Shown: positions 35,496 through 49,011 of the stretch, in pieces | Layout: each line of letters opens with the position of its first letter | Numbering within the stretch: the stretch's first letter is position 1 | Assembly (NCBI GenBank): GCA_038087875.1 | Contig: CM075981.1 | Location: 30,814,001 to 30,878,000 of the forward strand | Direction: 5' to 3' | Source: Malacoraja senta | Lineage: Eukaryota | Length of the DNA: 64,000 nucleotides | The notes under the pieces: model-generated | Told to the model about the DNA's origin: nothing | Databases searched by the model: none | Seen by the model: only the letters and a program-made list of their open reading frames with translations | Program-made: the position numbers and the translations under genes

Positions 35496-36810
35496 CTTTG
35501 GGATGCGAGAGGAAAGCGGAGCACCAAGAGGAAACCCACACGATCACAAGGAGAACATGCTAACTCTGCACAGACAGCAGCTGTAGGTGGTGGGAGGTGA
35601 GGGGGTCGGAGAATTTGGCAGGTTGTTTGAGAATTGGTTACAGAGCACAGGAGCCCCCCACCCGTGTTACAGCAGTTCAGGTAACAAAAACTTACCCTTT
35701 CAAAAGATCTGGGATACAAATTAAAAATTCCTCTCACAAAATTCATGTGAATAAATAAATAAATAAAAAGATAGATAAATAGATTGATAAATAAATAAAC
35801 AGGCAGGAATTGGATAGGCAGGATTTTTCTTTGAACATCATAGACTCCATGAGCAACATGGCATCTTTTTATGTTTTAAGGAGATATGAAGTTATAAAAG
35901 CCTCAAGCAAATTATTCCTCTGCCTCGATTTATCGCTGTGTTGTGGATGTTGTGAGCCAACTGTCTCAGCCTCGGGACATGTTGCAGGAGTTACTCAGGC
36001 CTCTGTCCTAGTCCCATCTATCACAAAGAGTGGGGCTTACACCTGTCTCTTCATCCCTGGCCTTTGTCCAACAATCTGCTGAACAAAAACTACCCTCACC
36101 TGCGTTTACCTAGAACTGGTCATGCTCTGTCCTGTACTTCCTCTCTTCCAGCTTTCTTTTCTGCCCCCTTGATCAAAGGTTCCAACTTAAAACATTGCCT
36201 ATCCATGTTCTCGAAGTACGTTGACCCGCTGAGTTACTTCAGCTTTTTGTGTCTTTCTTTAATTTTGTTGTTGTTGTTGTTGTGTTTTTGTGTTGTTCAA
36301 GAGACTTTCGCTTTGTGGCGAGACACAAACATTACAGTTAAAACGTTGCCGTCAAAGTTAGACTCGCAATAGTCACCGCAAACTAAGATCCTGACAAACT
36401 AGCCTCTCAGTGCAGCCATTCACCGAGCTCCAGCCCGCAACGTTAACTCTGAAAACTGTGAATCTGCTTTCCCTTTAAGAAGGGTCTCGACTCGAAACGT
36501 CACCCATTCCTTCTCTCCAGAGATGCTGCCTGTCCCGCTGAGTTACTCAATCATTTTGTGTCTATCTTTGATTTAAACCACCATCTACAGTTCTTTCCAA
36601 AACATCCCTCTAAACATCCTATCTGTAGATTTCATAAACATTTTCTGAGTTCCCAGATAAACAAGTGTCCAAAATAAAATTTAAAAGAAAACCATTTGGA
36701 CTCCACAGAGGTTCTTATGAAAATGAGGAAAGATGATTTCTAAAACAAATTGCTCGACAATATTTGCCAGGTTTTGCTGCCTGGCTTTTGGAGGCAGTGG
36801 GAGGTGTTTA

Positions 36811-37324
36811 TAGTGTTAAGCCCAATAGGCAACCGTCATTATAACAGCCCATAGATACGGGAATGGTGTCTGTTATTGCGGATTGTCCATTATAACCGAG
36901 TGCAATAGATGGCATTTCATGTGCAGAGACCCAACAACTGCAATGACAGAGGTGCTTCTTTTCAGCTGCAACATCAAACCAAAGCCTTGCCCGCTTTAAG
37001 CTGCAAATCTCCACGGTCTCAATACCATAATATAGGCGGTGGTGGCAGCGGCAGTGGAAGCGGACTGCAAGGACTGCTGAGGAAGCTGTGTGGACTGGTA
37101 GAGGCATCGGCAGCCCAGCGTGGAAGCGGCAGGGGACGCGGTGCAGGCCAGATTCAGCAGCCTGGCCTGGTGGAGAAGGTCGGCAGCCCAGCCTGGAAGC
37201 AGCCGGGGACGCGGTGTAGGCCAGGGGTGACATCGGCAGTCCGGTCTGGCGGTGAAGTTCGGTAGGTCCGTCCGCTATAAGCAAACTCCGTTATAAAGTG
37301 GTCCATAAAAACCAGGGTTTACTG
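36811..37324. mobile_element. Tc1/mariner-pogo (Tigger-like) non-autonomous element
   Basis: Right end gggtttactg|TA; repeated subterminal ccgttataa/ccattataa motifs at both ends; left TIR degenerate. Confidence 0.5.
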
Positions 37325-37587
37325 TACGTTATAGTTGTATGGTTCAGGCTGAAGAATATTTTCTTGTCCATTATCAAATTTTATCTAATTGATGTCTTCA
37401 GTTTAAAACCATGAGACAATATATTTGTGGTGAACAGTTGGCATCATCTGCACTGTATATTTGATGTTAAATGCCTCATGATGTATTAAAGTGTCAGAGG
37501 CTAAAAGGAAAAAAAAGTTATAATCTAAACATTATACACTCAAACCTGGGAGTACTTGGCCATTCAATTGGGTGTTGTAATTCAGAG

Positions 37588-37882
37588 AGGCACAGTGGCC
37601 CAGCGGTAGAGTTGCTGCCTTACAGCGCCAGAGTCGTGGGTTCGATCCTGACTACGGGTGCTGTCTGTACGGAGTTTGTACGTTCTCCCTGTGACCGCAC
37701 GGGTTTACTCTGGGTGCTCCGGTTTCTAACCGCACTCCAAAGGCGTACTAGTTTGCAGATTAGTTGGTTTCAGTAAAATTGTAAATTGTCCCTAGTGTGT
37801 TGCATGGTGCTAGTGTTGGGGGTGATTGCTGGTGGCCAACTCGGTGGGCTTAAGGGGCTGTTTTGCCGTGACATCTCTAAAA
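37588..37882 (+). mobile_element. HE1-type V-SINE
   Basis: A/B boxes, V-domain and tail. Confidence 0.85.
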
Positions 37883-38683
37883 AAATGAACCATAAGTATC
37901 CTTTTTGGGATCCAGAACACGGAATTGGAACTGTGTTTAAAAAAAAAAAATGGTGGTTCACTTTCTGAAATAGTTCAGTCCAATATTGGATTCCAATATT
38001 ATGGCTCTGAAATTAGCATTGGTTTATTATTAAATTGCAAAATTACAGAAATTTTGAAGACCACCATCGGGAGAGTGAGACCACCCTGCTAGTTGTGTTC
38101 TCATGTCACAGGTTGAGATAAATATACTGTTGTAACATAAGCAGTCCCACTAAAACACAAACTTTCCTTGATCTATAAAAGGAATGCTTTCCTCGATAAT
38201 ATTTTGTAAGGTAAAATTTTACGCATCATAATAGCCCAGAGAAATGCAATGCAAGTATAATGGCATGGTGTAGTTCTGCAGGCAAAGAGGCATGATATTT
38301 GTTATAGCAGGATTTGTAAATCAATGATGCATATTCCCAAAGGGCCATTGGTGTAATAACAAAAATTATTTCAGTGTACTGTACGTTCATAAATCGAGAG
38401 ATAGCTATATTTGATGTGAATTAGTCAAAGATTTGCACTTACTTTCGAAACTTGCTGACAAATTTTTAAACTGAAATAATTTAATCTAATGAATAACGTG
38501 CAAATAGCATAAGCTGATTATTTCAGCATGGTAGATGCTGCCTGACTTGTGCACCAGCCTTTGAGATCCCACTGCTCTTCTAGGAAGAGTATAGTTCTGC
38601 CTTCTAGCTGAAACTGGGAGGAATTTATTCATTTGTTACACATGGCATTACAAATTTGAAGTTGACTTCGATGGTTAATGAGG

Positions 38684-38920
38684 AGGAAGGAACTGGAGGT
38701 GCTGGTTTACACGGAAGATAGACACAAAATGCTGAGCAACTCAGTGAGTCAGGCAGCATCTCTGGAGAGAAGGAATAGTTGACGTTTCGGGTTAAGGAAT
38801 GTTGAAAGTTTCACGTCGAAGGGTCTGAAGAAGGGTTTCAACCCAAAACTCCAACTATTTCTTCTCTCCAGAGATGCTGCCTGACCCGCTGAGTTGCTCC
38901 AGCATTTTGTGTCCATCTTG
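38684..38920. mobile_element. PLE fold-back mini-element
   Basis: About 80-bp inverted arms around a short spacer; GGGT-CTGAAGA hammerhead remnant at 38821. Confidence 0.75.
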
Positions 38921-39277
38921 AATGATTAGTGAGAAGTTTTGCCTTAAACTCATTAAATTCCTGGAAAAGGAGATAAAGTCCATTCCTTTAGCATTCAAAA
39001 ATTACAACTATGGATTGCCGTGGGCATCGGTGCGTTCAGTAAAATTAGGGATCTTTTTTCCAAATTTGATATTAAATTGGATCTCCTGTTTGAAAAATAT
39101 ATCATATTAAGTCACTCGGTGATTATTGTATTAATCGCCCAGCAAGTTCAAGGTATTTATAGAAGAATTGCAAGCTGAGAAACACTGGAACGTGCTGGTC
39201 AATTGCCTTCAGGTGCTGAGGCAGGGTGAATTTGGTTGAAATAAAAAAGAGGTGAAGTAAATGGCTGGCCCCTAGTC

Positions 39278-39583
39278 TTTAGTTTAGTATAGTTTCGAGA
39301 TACAACATGGAAACAGGCCCTTTGGCCCACCGAGTCCGTGCCGACCAGCGATGCACATACACTAGCACTAACCTGCTCACTAGGGACAATTTTACAATAT
39401 TACTGAAGCCAATTAACCTATAAACCCGTATGTCACTTGAATGTGGGAGGGAACCGGAGCACCCGGATAACACCCACGCGGTCATAGGGGGAACGTACAA
39501 ACTCCGTCCGCACAGCACCCGTAGTCAGAATCGAACCCGGCGCCGTAATGCAGCAACTCAACCACTGGGCCACTGTGCTGCCC
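39278..39583 (-). mobile_element. HE1-type V-SINE
   Basis: Reverse complement of the consensus. Confidence 0.85.
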
Positions 39584-39796
39584 TCTCAATCAGAGAGTCA
39601 GGTACAGATGTGGCAAATGACACCATATTTTCCAAGATGTACCATGTATGTGAGAAATGTGGAATGCTTAAAAATGTTTAAAAAATAAAACAGCACGGAG
39701 GTCAAAGGGAAATATATTATCTTTATCAAAATTACATAAAATGTCATTTGAAAGTTTGATGGGATGGAATTCCCATTGGAGATAACGTCAGACTAA

Positions 39797-39936
39797 TGGC
39801 CCTGTCCCACTGGCAGGCGGTAACAGGCAGTGAAGCGCGGCGTCCCCGGAAGCGGTTGCCACTGTCGCCGAATATCTTTCAACATGTTGAAAATTTTGCG
39901 GCAGTCGCCTGTAGTCGCCTAAGTAGGACAGGCCCT
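39797..39936. mobile_element. Short PIF/Harbinger-type MITE
   Basis: TIRs tggccctgtcccact and agtaggacaggccct; TAA on the left; core related to 45096-45323. Confidence 0.6.
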
Positions 39937-39939
39937 AAA

Positions 39940-41900
39940 CAACCCCTCTCTCTCTCCCCCCCATTCCTCCCCCACACCCCCCTTTCTTTCACCACCCCTC
40001 CCCTGTGCCACACCTGGACTCACATCTATTATTCACCCCATCCCCCTCCACCCACATTCCTTCCTCTGGCTTCACAATTTGCAACTCCTAAATTATTTTG
40101 TCTCACATGTTTTTTATTTTTTATTTCTGGCCTTTATCCAATCATATGCCTATCCAAAAAAAAAACCCTGGCCCGTGTTCACCTATTACCTGCCACGCTT
40201 TATCCTGCCCCTCCTCTTTTCTAGCTTTCTCCCCAACCCCTACAATCAGTCTAAAGAAGGGTCCCACCCCAAAATGTCATCCAACCAAGTTGCTCCAGGG
40301 ATGATGCCTGACCCTCTGAGTTACTCCAGTACTTTGAAGGGCACTAAATGCTGGAGTAACTCAGCGGGTCAGGCAGCATCTCTGGAGAACATGGATAGGT
40401 TACGTTTTGGGTTGAGACTCTCCTTCAGACTGTATTAACCAGCATCTGTGTTTCCTTGTTTCTACTCCAGTACATTGTGTCTGCTTTTGTAAACCAGCAT
40501 CTGCAGTTCCTTTTTTCTATGTTGCGGCAAAGATTTAATGTTAGTTTCAGAGTCTGTTGTCAATTATAGTAAATGCAGGAAGTTATCTGGGAATAACAGT
40601 GCAACCAACTATTAAACGCCATGATAAATATAATGGCAATTTCTCTATCATAGGAAAGGAATAATTTAAACAGGAGACACTCTCTTCCTATACGTGATTT
40701 CACTAATTCACGCTCTGCAGTTGTCCTTCCATTTTTTCCCCTCAGATTTCATTGTTGGCCTGCTGTTAACCGAGGTCTCAGATGTCCTATTTCACACAGT
40801 TCCAACAAATGAATGTAAAAATTATTCTCAGCTGAAGGATGCACAAAGTGTAACAGGAGATGACTTGCTCTAACACGAAACTGTCCAAGACACTACCAAT
40901 GGAAATTCACTCACAGTTGAGCTCACAAAATGTGTAGGAAAGAACTGCAGAGGCTGGTTTAAATCAAAGGTAGACACAAAATGCTGGAGTAACTCAGCAG
41001 GACAGACAGTATCTCTGGAGAGAAGGAATGGGTGACGTTTTGGGTCGAGACCCTTCTTCAGACTGAAGAGATGCTGCCTGTCTCGCTGAGTTACTCCAGC
41101 ATTTTGTGTCTACCTTAGAGTTAAGCTCACCTCTGATGTTCAAATGTCATAGAAATACAATTCCACATTTTATTCAATCAGTTTTACTGAGCAATATATG
41201 ACATCTAATAAATTGAGATTAAAAACGCACCGTGATCATTAAAATGAAGTGGGCTTAACTGGTTAATTATCACCTTGTACACAATTGCACATGCTCTTAA
41301 GCTACATTGTTCTGTAAAATGAAATACAAGCTTTCTTAAAGCAAATACCATAAGATAACATTTGAATAAAAGCAGAGATTTCAGAATGCATGGCGTACAT
41401 AATATGGCTTCAGAGAGGGATTTTTACAAGGAAATTGATCTTGCCTCTACTGGTTAAATTTGGAACTAGGAATCACTGTTTAAAATTAAATGATTTGACA
41501 AATATGAGATAAAATTAGCCTCGCAGAGAATCATGATTTTTTGGAATTGATATTGCTGAGACAGAAGAGGGTAGTTACTTCATAAGCATGGGGTTGAAAA
41601 TTTACTATGGGTAGATATGAATGTAGCTTACAACCCAATGGTATGAACGTTGAATCCTCCAATTTTAAGCAACCCCTAACAAACCCTTCCCTCCCCTTTC
41701 TCCACCACCCCTTCCCCCTATGCCCCACCTGGACTGCCACTTATTCATCCCTTTCCCATCCACATTCCTTCCTCTGGCTTCACAATTTGCAGCACTTCAA
41801 TTTTTTTGTCTCATACGTTGTTTTTTTTCTCTAATTTCTGGCCTTTGTCCAGTCATCTGCCTATCAAAAATCCCTCCTGCCTGTGTTCACCTATTACCTG
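39940..41900. mobile_element. Cluster of PLE 3' ends and fold-backs (39940-40520, 40931-41115, 41620-41900)
   Basis: Same PLE repeat; SLQPNGMNVE GIY-YIG C-terminal remnant at about 41625. The 40931 copy is flanked by agtt(g/a)agctcac. Confidence 0.7.
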
Positions 41901-41996
41901 GTGAGGTACATTAAGGTTAGTCATATCTTAATAAATGACAGAAGAAGCTTGAGGGGCTGAATGGCCTGCCTGCTACTCCCAATATGTTTTGTGAAA

Positions 41997-42285
41997 AAGC
42001 ATGGAAATAAGCCCTGTGGCCCACCAAGTCCGCACCGACCTTTGATCAGCCGTTCACACTAGTTCTATGTTATCCCACTTTCACGTCCACTACTTATACA
42101 CTCGAGGCAATTTACAGAGGCCAATTAACCTACAGACTTGCACGTCTTTGGGATCTGGTAGGAAACCCATACACTCAAAGGGAGAACATGCAAACTCCAC
42201 ACAGATAGCACACAAGGTCAGGATCGAACTCAGGTCTCTCAAGCTGTGAGGCAGTGGCTCTATCAGCTGCATAACTATGCTGCTT
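41997..42285 (-). mobile_element. HE1-type V-SINE
   Basis: Reverse complement of the consensus. Confidence 0.8.
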
Positions 42286-42604
42286 TAATTCATGCATTTG
42301 TATACATAATGCCATAAAGGAGAATGTGTTGATGACTGTATCCACCAGTTACTGTTATCTTTCTCATTCGTAGTGGCTGCTGGTTTAGGAGTTATTGTTG
42401 GAGTCGATTTGATATGTAACTGCAGTGCATTTTACACTCTACAACATGATACATTGGTCATAGAGTGAATGTGACTGTAACAAGCAAGCACATGATTTGA
42501 GTGTTGATGGAGCTCTATTCATCTAGACATTACATTACACTGCTGATTTTGTCCTTATGCAAAAGCTTTTGGATGTCAAGAATTGGGTCGCTCACCATGA
42601 TCTT

Positions 42605-42865
42605 TCATGTGGGATTTACTCCCACTTGGAAGAGAATGGGCTAATACGGGATAGTCAGCACGGCGTTGTACATGACAGTGTCTTACTAACTTGATTGAGT
42701 TTTTGAGGAGGTGACGAAGGAGAATGATGAAGGTTGGACAGTGGATGTTGTAAACATGAATTTTAATCAGGCTTTTGATAAGGTCCCTCATGGTAGGCTA
42801 ATACATAAGATTAAGATGTATGGGATTTATGATGACTTGGTCATATGGATTCGGAACCGGTTTAT
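42605..42865 (+). mobile_element. CR1 RT core fragment
   Basis: CLTNLIEFFEEVT...VDVVNMNFNQAFDKVPHGRL. Confidence 0.8.
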
Positions 42866-44325
42866 CCAAAGAACCCGTTCCTGTGCTATACTGTTCTGTT
42901 CTATGTTCTATGCTTCTTACAACTCGGTAGACTTTCAATTGAATACCCCTTCAGTGTCTTTAGCTCAAAGAAGACATCAACAGCCGAGCGAGTCTTGCCT
43001 TATCACTGTATTTCTCCTGTCCTCTAAATATTTTTGCCCACCTCCTCTGCATTCTTTGTTGAGCTGTTACATCCTTTCCAAGAACACGGTGACCAGAACT
43101 GTACACAGTATTCTTGACCCAACAAGCATGTTATTTTGTTCAAGCATGGCCAGAGTCATCTGCAGAACTTGCATAACTACCCAGATCATTACAGGAAAAT
43201 CTATTAGGAGTATCACTTCCTTCCTGCGTCACGCCAAGACTTAAAATATTTAGCCAGATCAAAATTACGATAGACTGAATCATGCTGTCCATTTCTAAAC
43301 TTGAACAAGAACTATTTTTGTTGAATGAAGCATTACGCAGGTGAGGATAGTGCAATTATAGCATACTGCTTACTTCCCCATGGTGTACGAATATTACAGA
43401 ACTGTTTTTTTACTGGGATTAGGCTGGAGACCAATTATCTCTGCAGCACTTACACTGAATTTTCTCACAGTATTCTTAATCACTGCAAGTAAAATAGTAT
43501 TGATGAAAACATTTGAAGTTTTCATTTAATATCGAGTTGTTGGATCAACAATGTTATTATTTATCTCCAGTTGTGGGTAACAGCGACATTAATCTTTTTT
43601 TTAAATAATTGATTTTACAGAGTTCATTTTCCATGTTCAGAGGACATCCTAAAATACTCAACAGCTGAACAAGTGCTTCTGAAATGAACTGTATTTATTT
43701 TTGGTTCAAGCAAATAGCAAAATCCCACAAATCACCAAATCAATATGAATAGTCGTATCTGTTTTTGCTGAAGAAACAAGGAACTGCAGATGCTGGTTCA
43801 CCACAGAAAGACACAAAATGCCGGAGTAACCCAGCAGGTCAGGCAGCATCGTTGAGAAGTGTAGGAAGGAACTGCAGATGCTGGTTTACACCGAAGATAG
43901 ACACAAAATGCTGCAGTAACTCAGTGGGACAGGCAGCATCTCTGGATGCCTCTGGGCATCTCTCCAGAGATGCTGCCTGTCCCGCTGAGTTAGAATCCAG
44001 TAGAATCTAGCATCCTTGAGACCATGGATAGGTGACTTTTCAAGTCGGCACCCTTCTTCACACTAATTGCGGTGGTGGAGAGAAAGAAATTTAGAAGAGT
44101 CATCTAGCTTTCTTTCTCTCCTCCCTGCAATCAGTCTGAAGAAAGGTCCCGACCTGAAACATCGCCTATCCATGTCCTCCAGGGATGCTGCCTGGACCAC
44201 TGAATTACTCCAGCACGTTTTTGCTGATACTGACTGATCGAGGCAGATAAAATATTCTCTTTTGCATCTACCAAAAGCTTTGGTTAAACTTCTCATTCAA
44301 TTCCAACAGCACTGTTCTTTTGAAT

Positions 44326-44838
44326 GTACACAAAAATGCTGGAGAAACTCAGCGGGTGCAGCAGCATCTATGGAGCGAAGGAAATAGGCAACGTTTCGGG
44401 CCGAAACCCTTCTTCAGACTGATGGGGGGTGGGGAGAAGAAAGGAAAAAGGCGGAGGAGGAGCCCAAGGGCTGAGGGATGGGAGGAGACAGCCCGAGGGC
44501 TGAGGAAGGGGAGGAGACAGCAAGGGCTAGCAAAATTCAATGTTCATGCCTGCAGGATGCAGACTACCCAAGCGGACTATGAGGTGCATTTCCTCCAATT
44601 TCCGGTGTTGCTCGCTCTGGCCATGGAGGAGACCCAGGACAGAGAGGTCGGATACGGAATGGGAGGGGGAGTTGAAGTGCTGAGCCACCGGGAGGTCAGG
44701 TTGGTTATTGCGGACCGAAGGGTTTTGGCCCGAAACGTTGCCTATTTCCTTCGCTCCATAGATGCTGCTGCACCCGCTGAGTTTCTCCAGCATTTTTGTG
44801 TACCTTCGATTTTCCAGCATCTGCAGTTCCTTCTTAAA
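44326..44838 (-). mobile_element. Young PLE fold-back element with GIY-YIG C-terminal remnant
   Basis: 87-bp inverted repeats (44326-44412 and 44717-44803, 1 mismatch); LPVAQHFNSPSHS...LEEMHLIVRLGSLHPAGMNIEF; 16-bp TSD cactgttc(t/c)tttgaat. Confidence 0.88.
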
Positions 44839-45095
44839 CACTGTTCCTTTGAATAATGCCTTCATTAATCAAGCTACATTTTGTGTGCAGGTTACTCAAT
44901 GAGTTTTGAACTCTCTGCCCATGCCAGCACTGAATCAACATTGATGCTTTCTTGGGACAAGGCAATTACACTAAGTATTTCATTTCAGCAAAAGCTGCCC
45001 AACTATGTTAACCAGATATTTCATCAAACCATTTGAAGTGGCCTTAGCCTCTAGTCATCGTTTGTCTGCAAAATCCCACTGCAGACAAAGAATAA

Positions 45096-45323
45096 AGGGC
45101 CTGTCCCACTTGCCGATTTTTTCGGCAACTGCTTGCATCATTGACTGACGTATCAGGTCATCGAAAAATTTGCGGCGTGATGCGGCGTGATGACGCGCGG
45201 TGTTTTTTCAAGTGTCGCAACATTTTTTTTGTAGCCGCTGGATTTTGAAATGTTCAAAATCTTTTGGCGACTCTGATATGACGCCGGCAGTCGCCGAAAA
45301 AATCGCCATGTGGGACAGGCCCT
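45096..45323. mobile_element. PIF/Harbinger-type MITE (228 bp)
   Basis: TIR AGGGCCTGTCCCAC extending imperfectly to about 37 bp; 3-bp TSD TAA on both sides. Confidence 0.85.
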
Positions 45324-46482
45324 TAAGCCATATCAACCAAGGGAAAATTCCATTCTTTTTTGAGGCATCAAATGCTTCATTACCAAGGGTATTATTGCAG
45401 TTAGCCACATGGAAATCCATTATACAGAAAAATAAAATCCATCCGGGGTTGTGTAATTTACAGGCCAGAAAAACATTAGGTATTTTCATGAACATTATAA
45501 GTTGCAAAGTTGCAAATTAGAGATACCTTCTAGGTAGAAAACAAGGTATGCATCACCCATGTTTTCAAGGAATAAAAATGAACCACCTACTCGATCTGAA
45601 ATCAAAACCAGGTAAAATAAAGGAAAATGCTGGGGAAGGCGATTTCCTATATTCTAACAATATCAGAAACACCAGTTAATGGAAAATAAACCATTGAAAC
45701 AAAACACAACATGATCACCCTATTGTGCAGCTGACTCTTCAAAAGAACCATTTAATTCGACAGATTTCCTTACTGCAGGTACCTGTCAGGGGATATGGTA
45801 TTGAGGAGGGATTAACCCTGATTACAATCATTCACTGATTTATTCAGGATCCCTAAAGTTGATCTAATACTTAAAGCAGCAATATTCAGAATTTCATTAA
45901 GTATGTAGAAGCATTTAAAGAGCAGAAGGCAGGAAATACTGCCTGCTCTTTGTGTCAGGTACTGACATAATAAGTAAAGCACAAATGGAAAGAAATAACT
46001 TAAGCTGTGCAGTACTCTGGTCAGACCACACCTTCACCACTATTCTCTGCCTCAGTTTCCTTTACACATTCATGGAACGTTACTGGCATTGTTCATCTAT
46101 ACCAGGTGCGTTATCTCCCCAAACCACTGAAGCCCAGGTGGTGAAGGTACATCTATAACTTTATTGAATCCAGCTTTGGAGACTCAACAACAATGAAAGG
46201 GTGACAATGCATCTGGACATGTGGACCTATGAAAGGATTTGCCGAATGGGTGATTTCCCATGGATTTGGTGCTTTTGCTCTTCTTGGCAATAAAGGACGG
46301 GTTTGGATCAGATGAAGAATCCATGCATCCAGTTTTAATGCATTCTGCAGACATTATACACTGTAGATTCAAATATGAATAAAGTTGGTAAGTTACTGCT
46401 TTGCAGTCAATGAAGTACACAATAACAAGCAAGGGATGAAGTAAACTGCTAGGCATGAAGCAACAACTACCAAAATCATTTA

Positions 46483-46791
46483 ATTTAGTTTAGTTTAGGG
46501 TTAGGGATACAGCATCGAAGTAAGCCCTTCAGCCCACTGAGTGCACACAGACCAACGATCACCCGTACACTAGTTCTATCGCACAGACTAGGGGGGCAAT
46601 TTACAGAAGCCAATTAACCTACAAACTTGTAAGCCTTTGGAATGTGGGAGGAAACCGTTGCATCAGGGAAACACCACGCGGTCACAGGGAGAAGGTACAC
46701 ACTCCATACATGCAGCACCCGAGGTCAGGATCGAACCCAGGTCTCTGGCGCTGTAGGGCAGCAACTTGCTGCTGTGCCACTGTGCCACCCT
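46483..46791 (-). mobile_element. HE1-type V-SINE
   Basis: Reverse complement of the consensus; followed by PLE fragments at 46800-47185. Confidence 0.85.
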
Positions 46792-49011
46792 GGAAGCATA
46801 AACAAGGAACTGCAGATAGTGGTTTACAAAACAGAAGACACACAGTGCTGGAATTACTCAGCGCTGAAAAGACGGAAGATGGGGATTCGCAACTCTTCAA
46901 TCCTTTGTCTTACACCTTCTGTCTTTTATTTTCTGGCCTATTTCAACCATCTGCCTATCAAAAACCTCACTCACCTTTGTCAACCTATTACCAGCCAGAC
47001 TTTGTCCTGGCCTTCCTTTCTCCCAGCTTCTCTCCCCACCCCCCCCCCCCCCCCCCTCTACCACCCTCTCGCCTCCCCCCCACCTGTCCAATCAGTGCGA
47101 AGAAAGATTCCACCCCAAAACGTCACCCTATCCATATTCTCCACAGATGCTGCCTGATCCGCTGAGTTACTCCAGTACTTTCTCTCTTTTTTTTGCAGGA
47201 AGCAGAGATGGGTTGTGCACAGGATGTCTCATTGCTGCAGATGAACCTCGATGGACAGGTCTATCACCCATCGCAACCTGTCCCAGAAATCTGACAACGA
47301 ACAGCAGCCATGAAAGTCCCACATAAACACTGTTGCAGGATCCCAAATTATGGTCTATTTATAAAAACGTGCCTCAAATAAACCTCGAAAATAACCCACA
47401 GCCCTTCATGTCCAGCTTGTATGATCAGCTTGCCTCAATATCCTGCTGTTCACACACAGTCTAAGACCAGACACCAGTGTAGAGTGCGGCAAGTTAAACA
47501 TTGAGCTGTAACACCTTTTTAGGATTTTCAGTGAATTCTTATATTGAAGCAAGCTCACAACAAATATCTAGTCCTTCAGCACCAGCTACTGGTGAAATAA
47601 AATACAGCTCAGTGAATAAACTCATGAAAATCAACAACTGACTGACTCAAACTTTGCAGTAAAAGTTATTATTATTATGAAATCATTACGCTTATCGCTC
47701 GTGATTATTGCTGAGGTTCTAATTACTCTCACTGTCTCTGATGGTGGGGCAATACAGCTCACTTGTCCGACACCAGCCTCCACAGTGGCCACTCGATTCC
47801 TAGCCACGTCAAATGATTATTAGATGGACAAAGAAAGGATTCTGGGATATTTTCAAGGCCGTCTTGAAAACCACAACATAGCAGAACTCCCTCACCCATT
47901 GTCATTCAAAATGGAGAAGGACCAATAAGCCTCTGCACAACACTAGCCACAACCCCACCTCAGTAACTGTGGACTCTGTTTGGCTGCACTACCAACTTCA
48001 GTTTTGTATTGTTATGCTCCAGTTACCGAGCACTGCTGATTATTATTGTTTAGTTGATTATTGTATAATTATTTCTGCGACATTGCTTTAACGAGTCTGT
48101 GTACCAGAGCACAGCCCAGTGGAGAAGCGCAGAGCTTGAAGCAGGGAGTGGGGACTGGTGCGCAGGAAGGAATTGCAGATGCTGTAGTTTAAACTGAAGA
48201 TAGACACAAAAAGCTGGGGTATCTCAGCGGGGAAGGCAGGAGAAAAAGGAATAGGTGACGTTTCGGGTCGAGACCAGACTAATTTTAAATAGTAATGATG
48301 AAGGAGCGGGGGCCGGAAATGGAAGTCATTAAAGAGACGAAGGGCATGTGAGGTATCTTGGACATAGGTTTAGGAGCGGGACTGGTGCTGTGGTTCCCAG
48401 GGAAGACATCGCTCAGCTGGCAAAGGGTGCAGGCCATGTGCAGGTAACTGCAGTGCCGTGGCTGCAAGTTGGTGAGTCAGGCGGGTGGGAGGAGGAATGG
48501 TGCTGGTGAGCAGGCTGGGGGCTCACTGCGCTGGGGTTGGGCTGTGGGAGGAGCTGCAGGGCACAGAGGCTGAGTGGTGGCCATGTGATGCAAGGGATGG
48601 CATGTTTGCGGGTTGATGTTTCCGGATCGATGTGTCGGTGGAAGATGGCAGTGGCCTGGGAAAGGGTGCTGACATTTGTTTGTTTGTCCTGTTAATAGAT
48701 TTGGAGACTTTTCTGGAGACAGTGTTGGTATTTCTCAGGAGCTTTGAGGTGCCTGTTGTAGGTAGCCCATGTCTCAGCAACATAAAGGAGCGCAGGGATC
48801 ACTGCAACCCAGCAGAAAGTGAACTTGGGATCTTACGATCAAAGAGTCATACAACATAGAAGCAGACCCTTCATCCCAACTCATCCTCTTCCCAAACTGG
48901 CCAGCCATTAGCCTATCAAGTGCCTCCTCCACCTGTGGTAGAATCTGCAGGTTGCACATCGCCCTCAGCTTCTGCCTCAGAATCCAGAGTCAAAAGTGTT
49001 TTATTGACATA

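Noticed and set aside
40746-40873. Strong plus-strand acceptor followed by a 41-codon frame
   Set aside because: No partner exons or homology recognised; could be chance.
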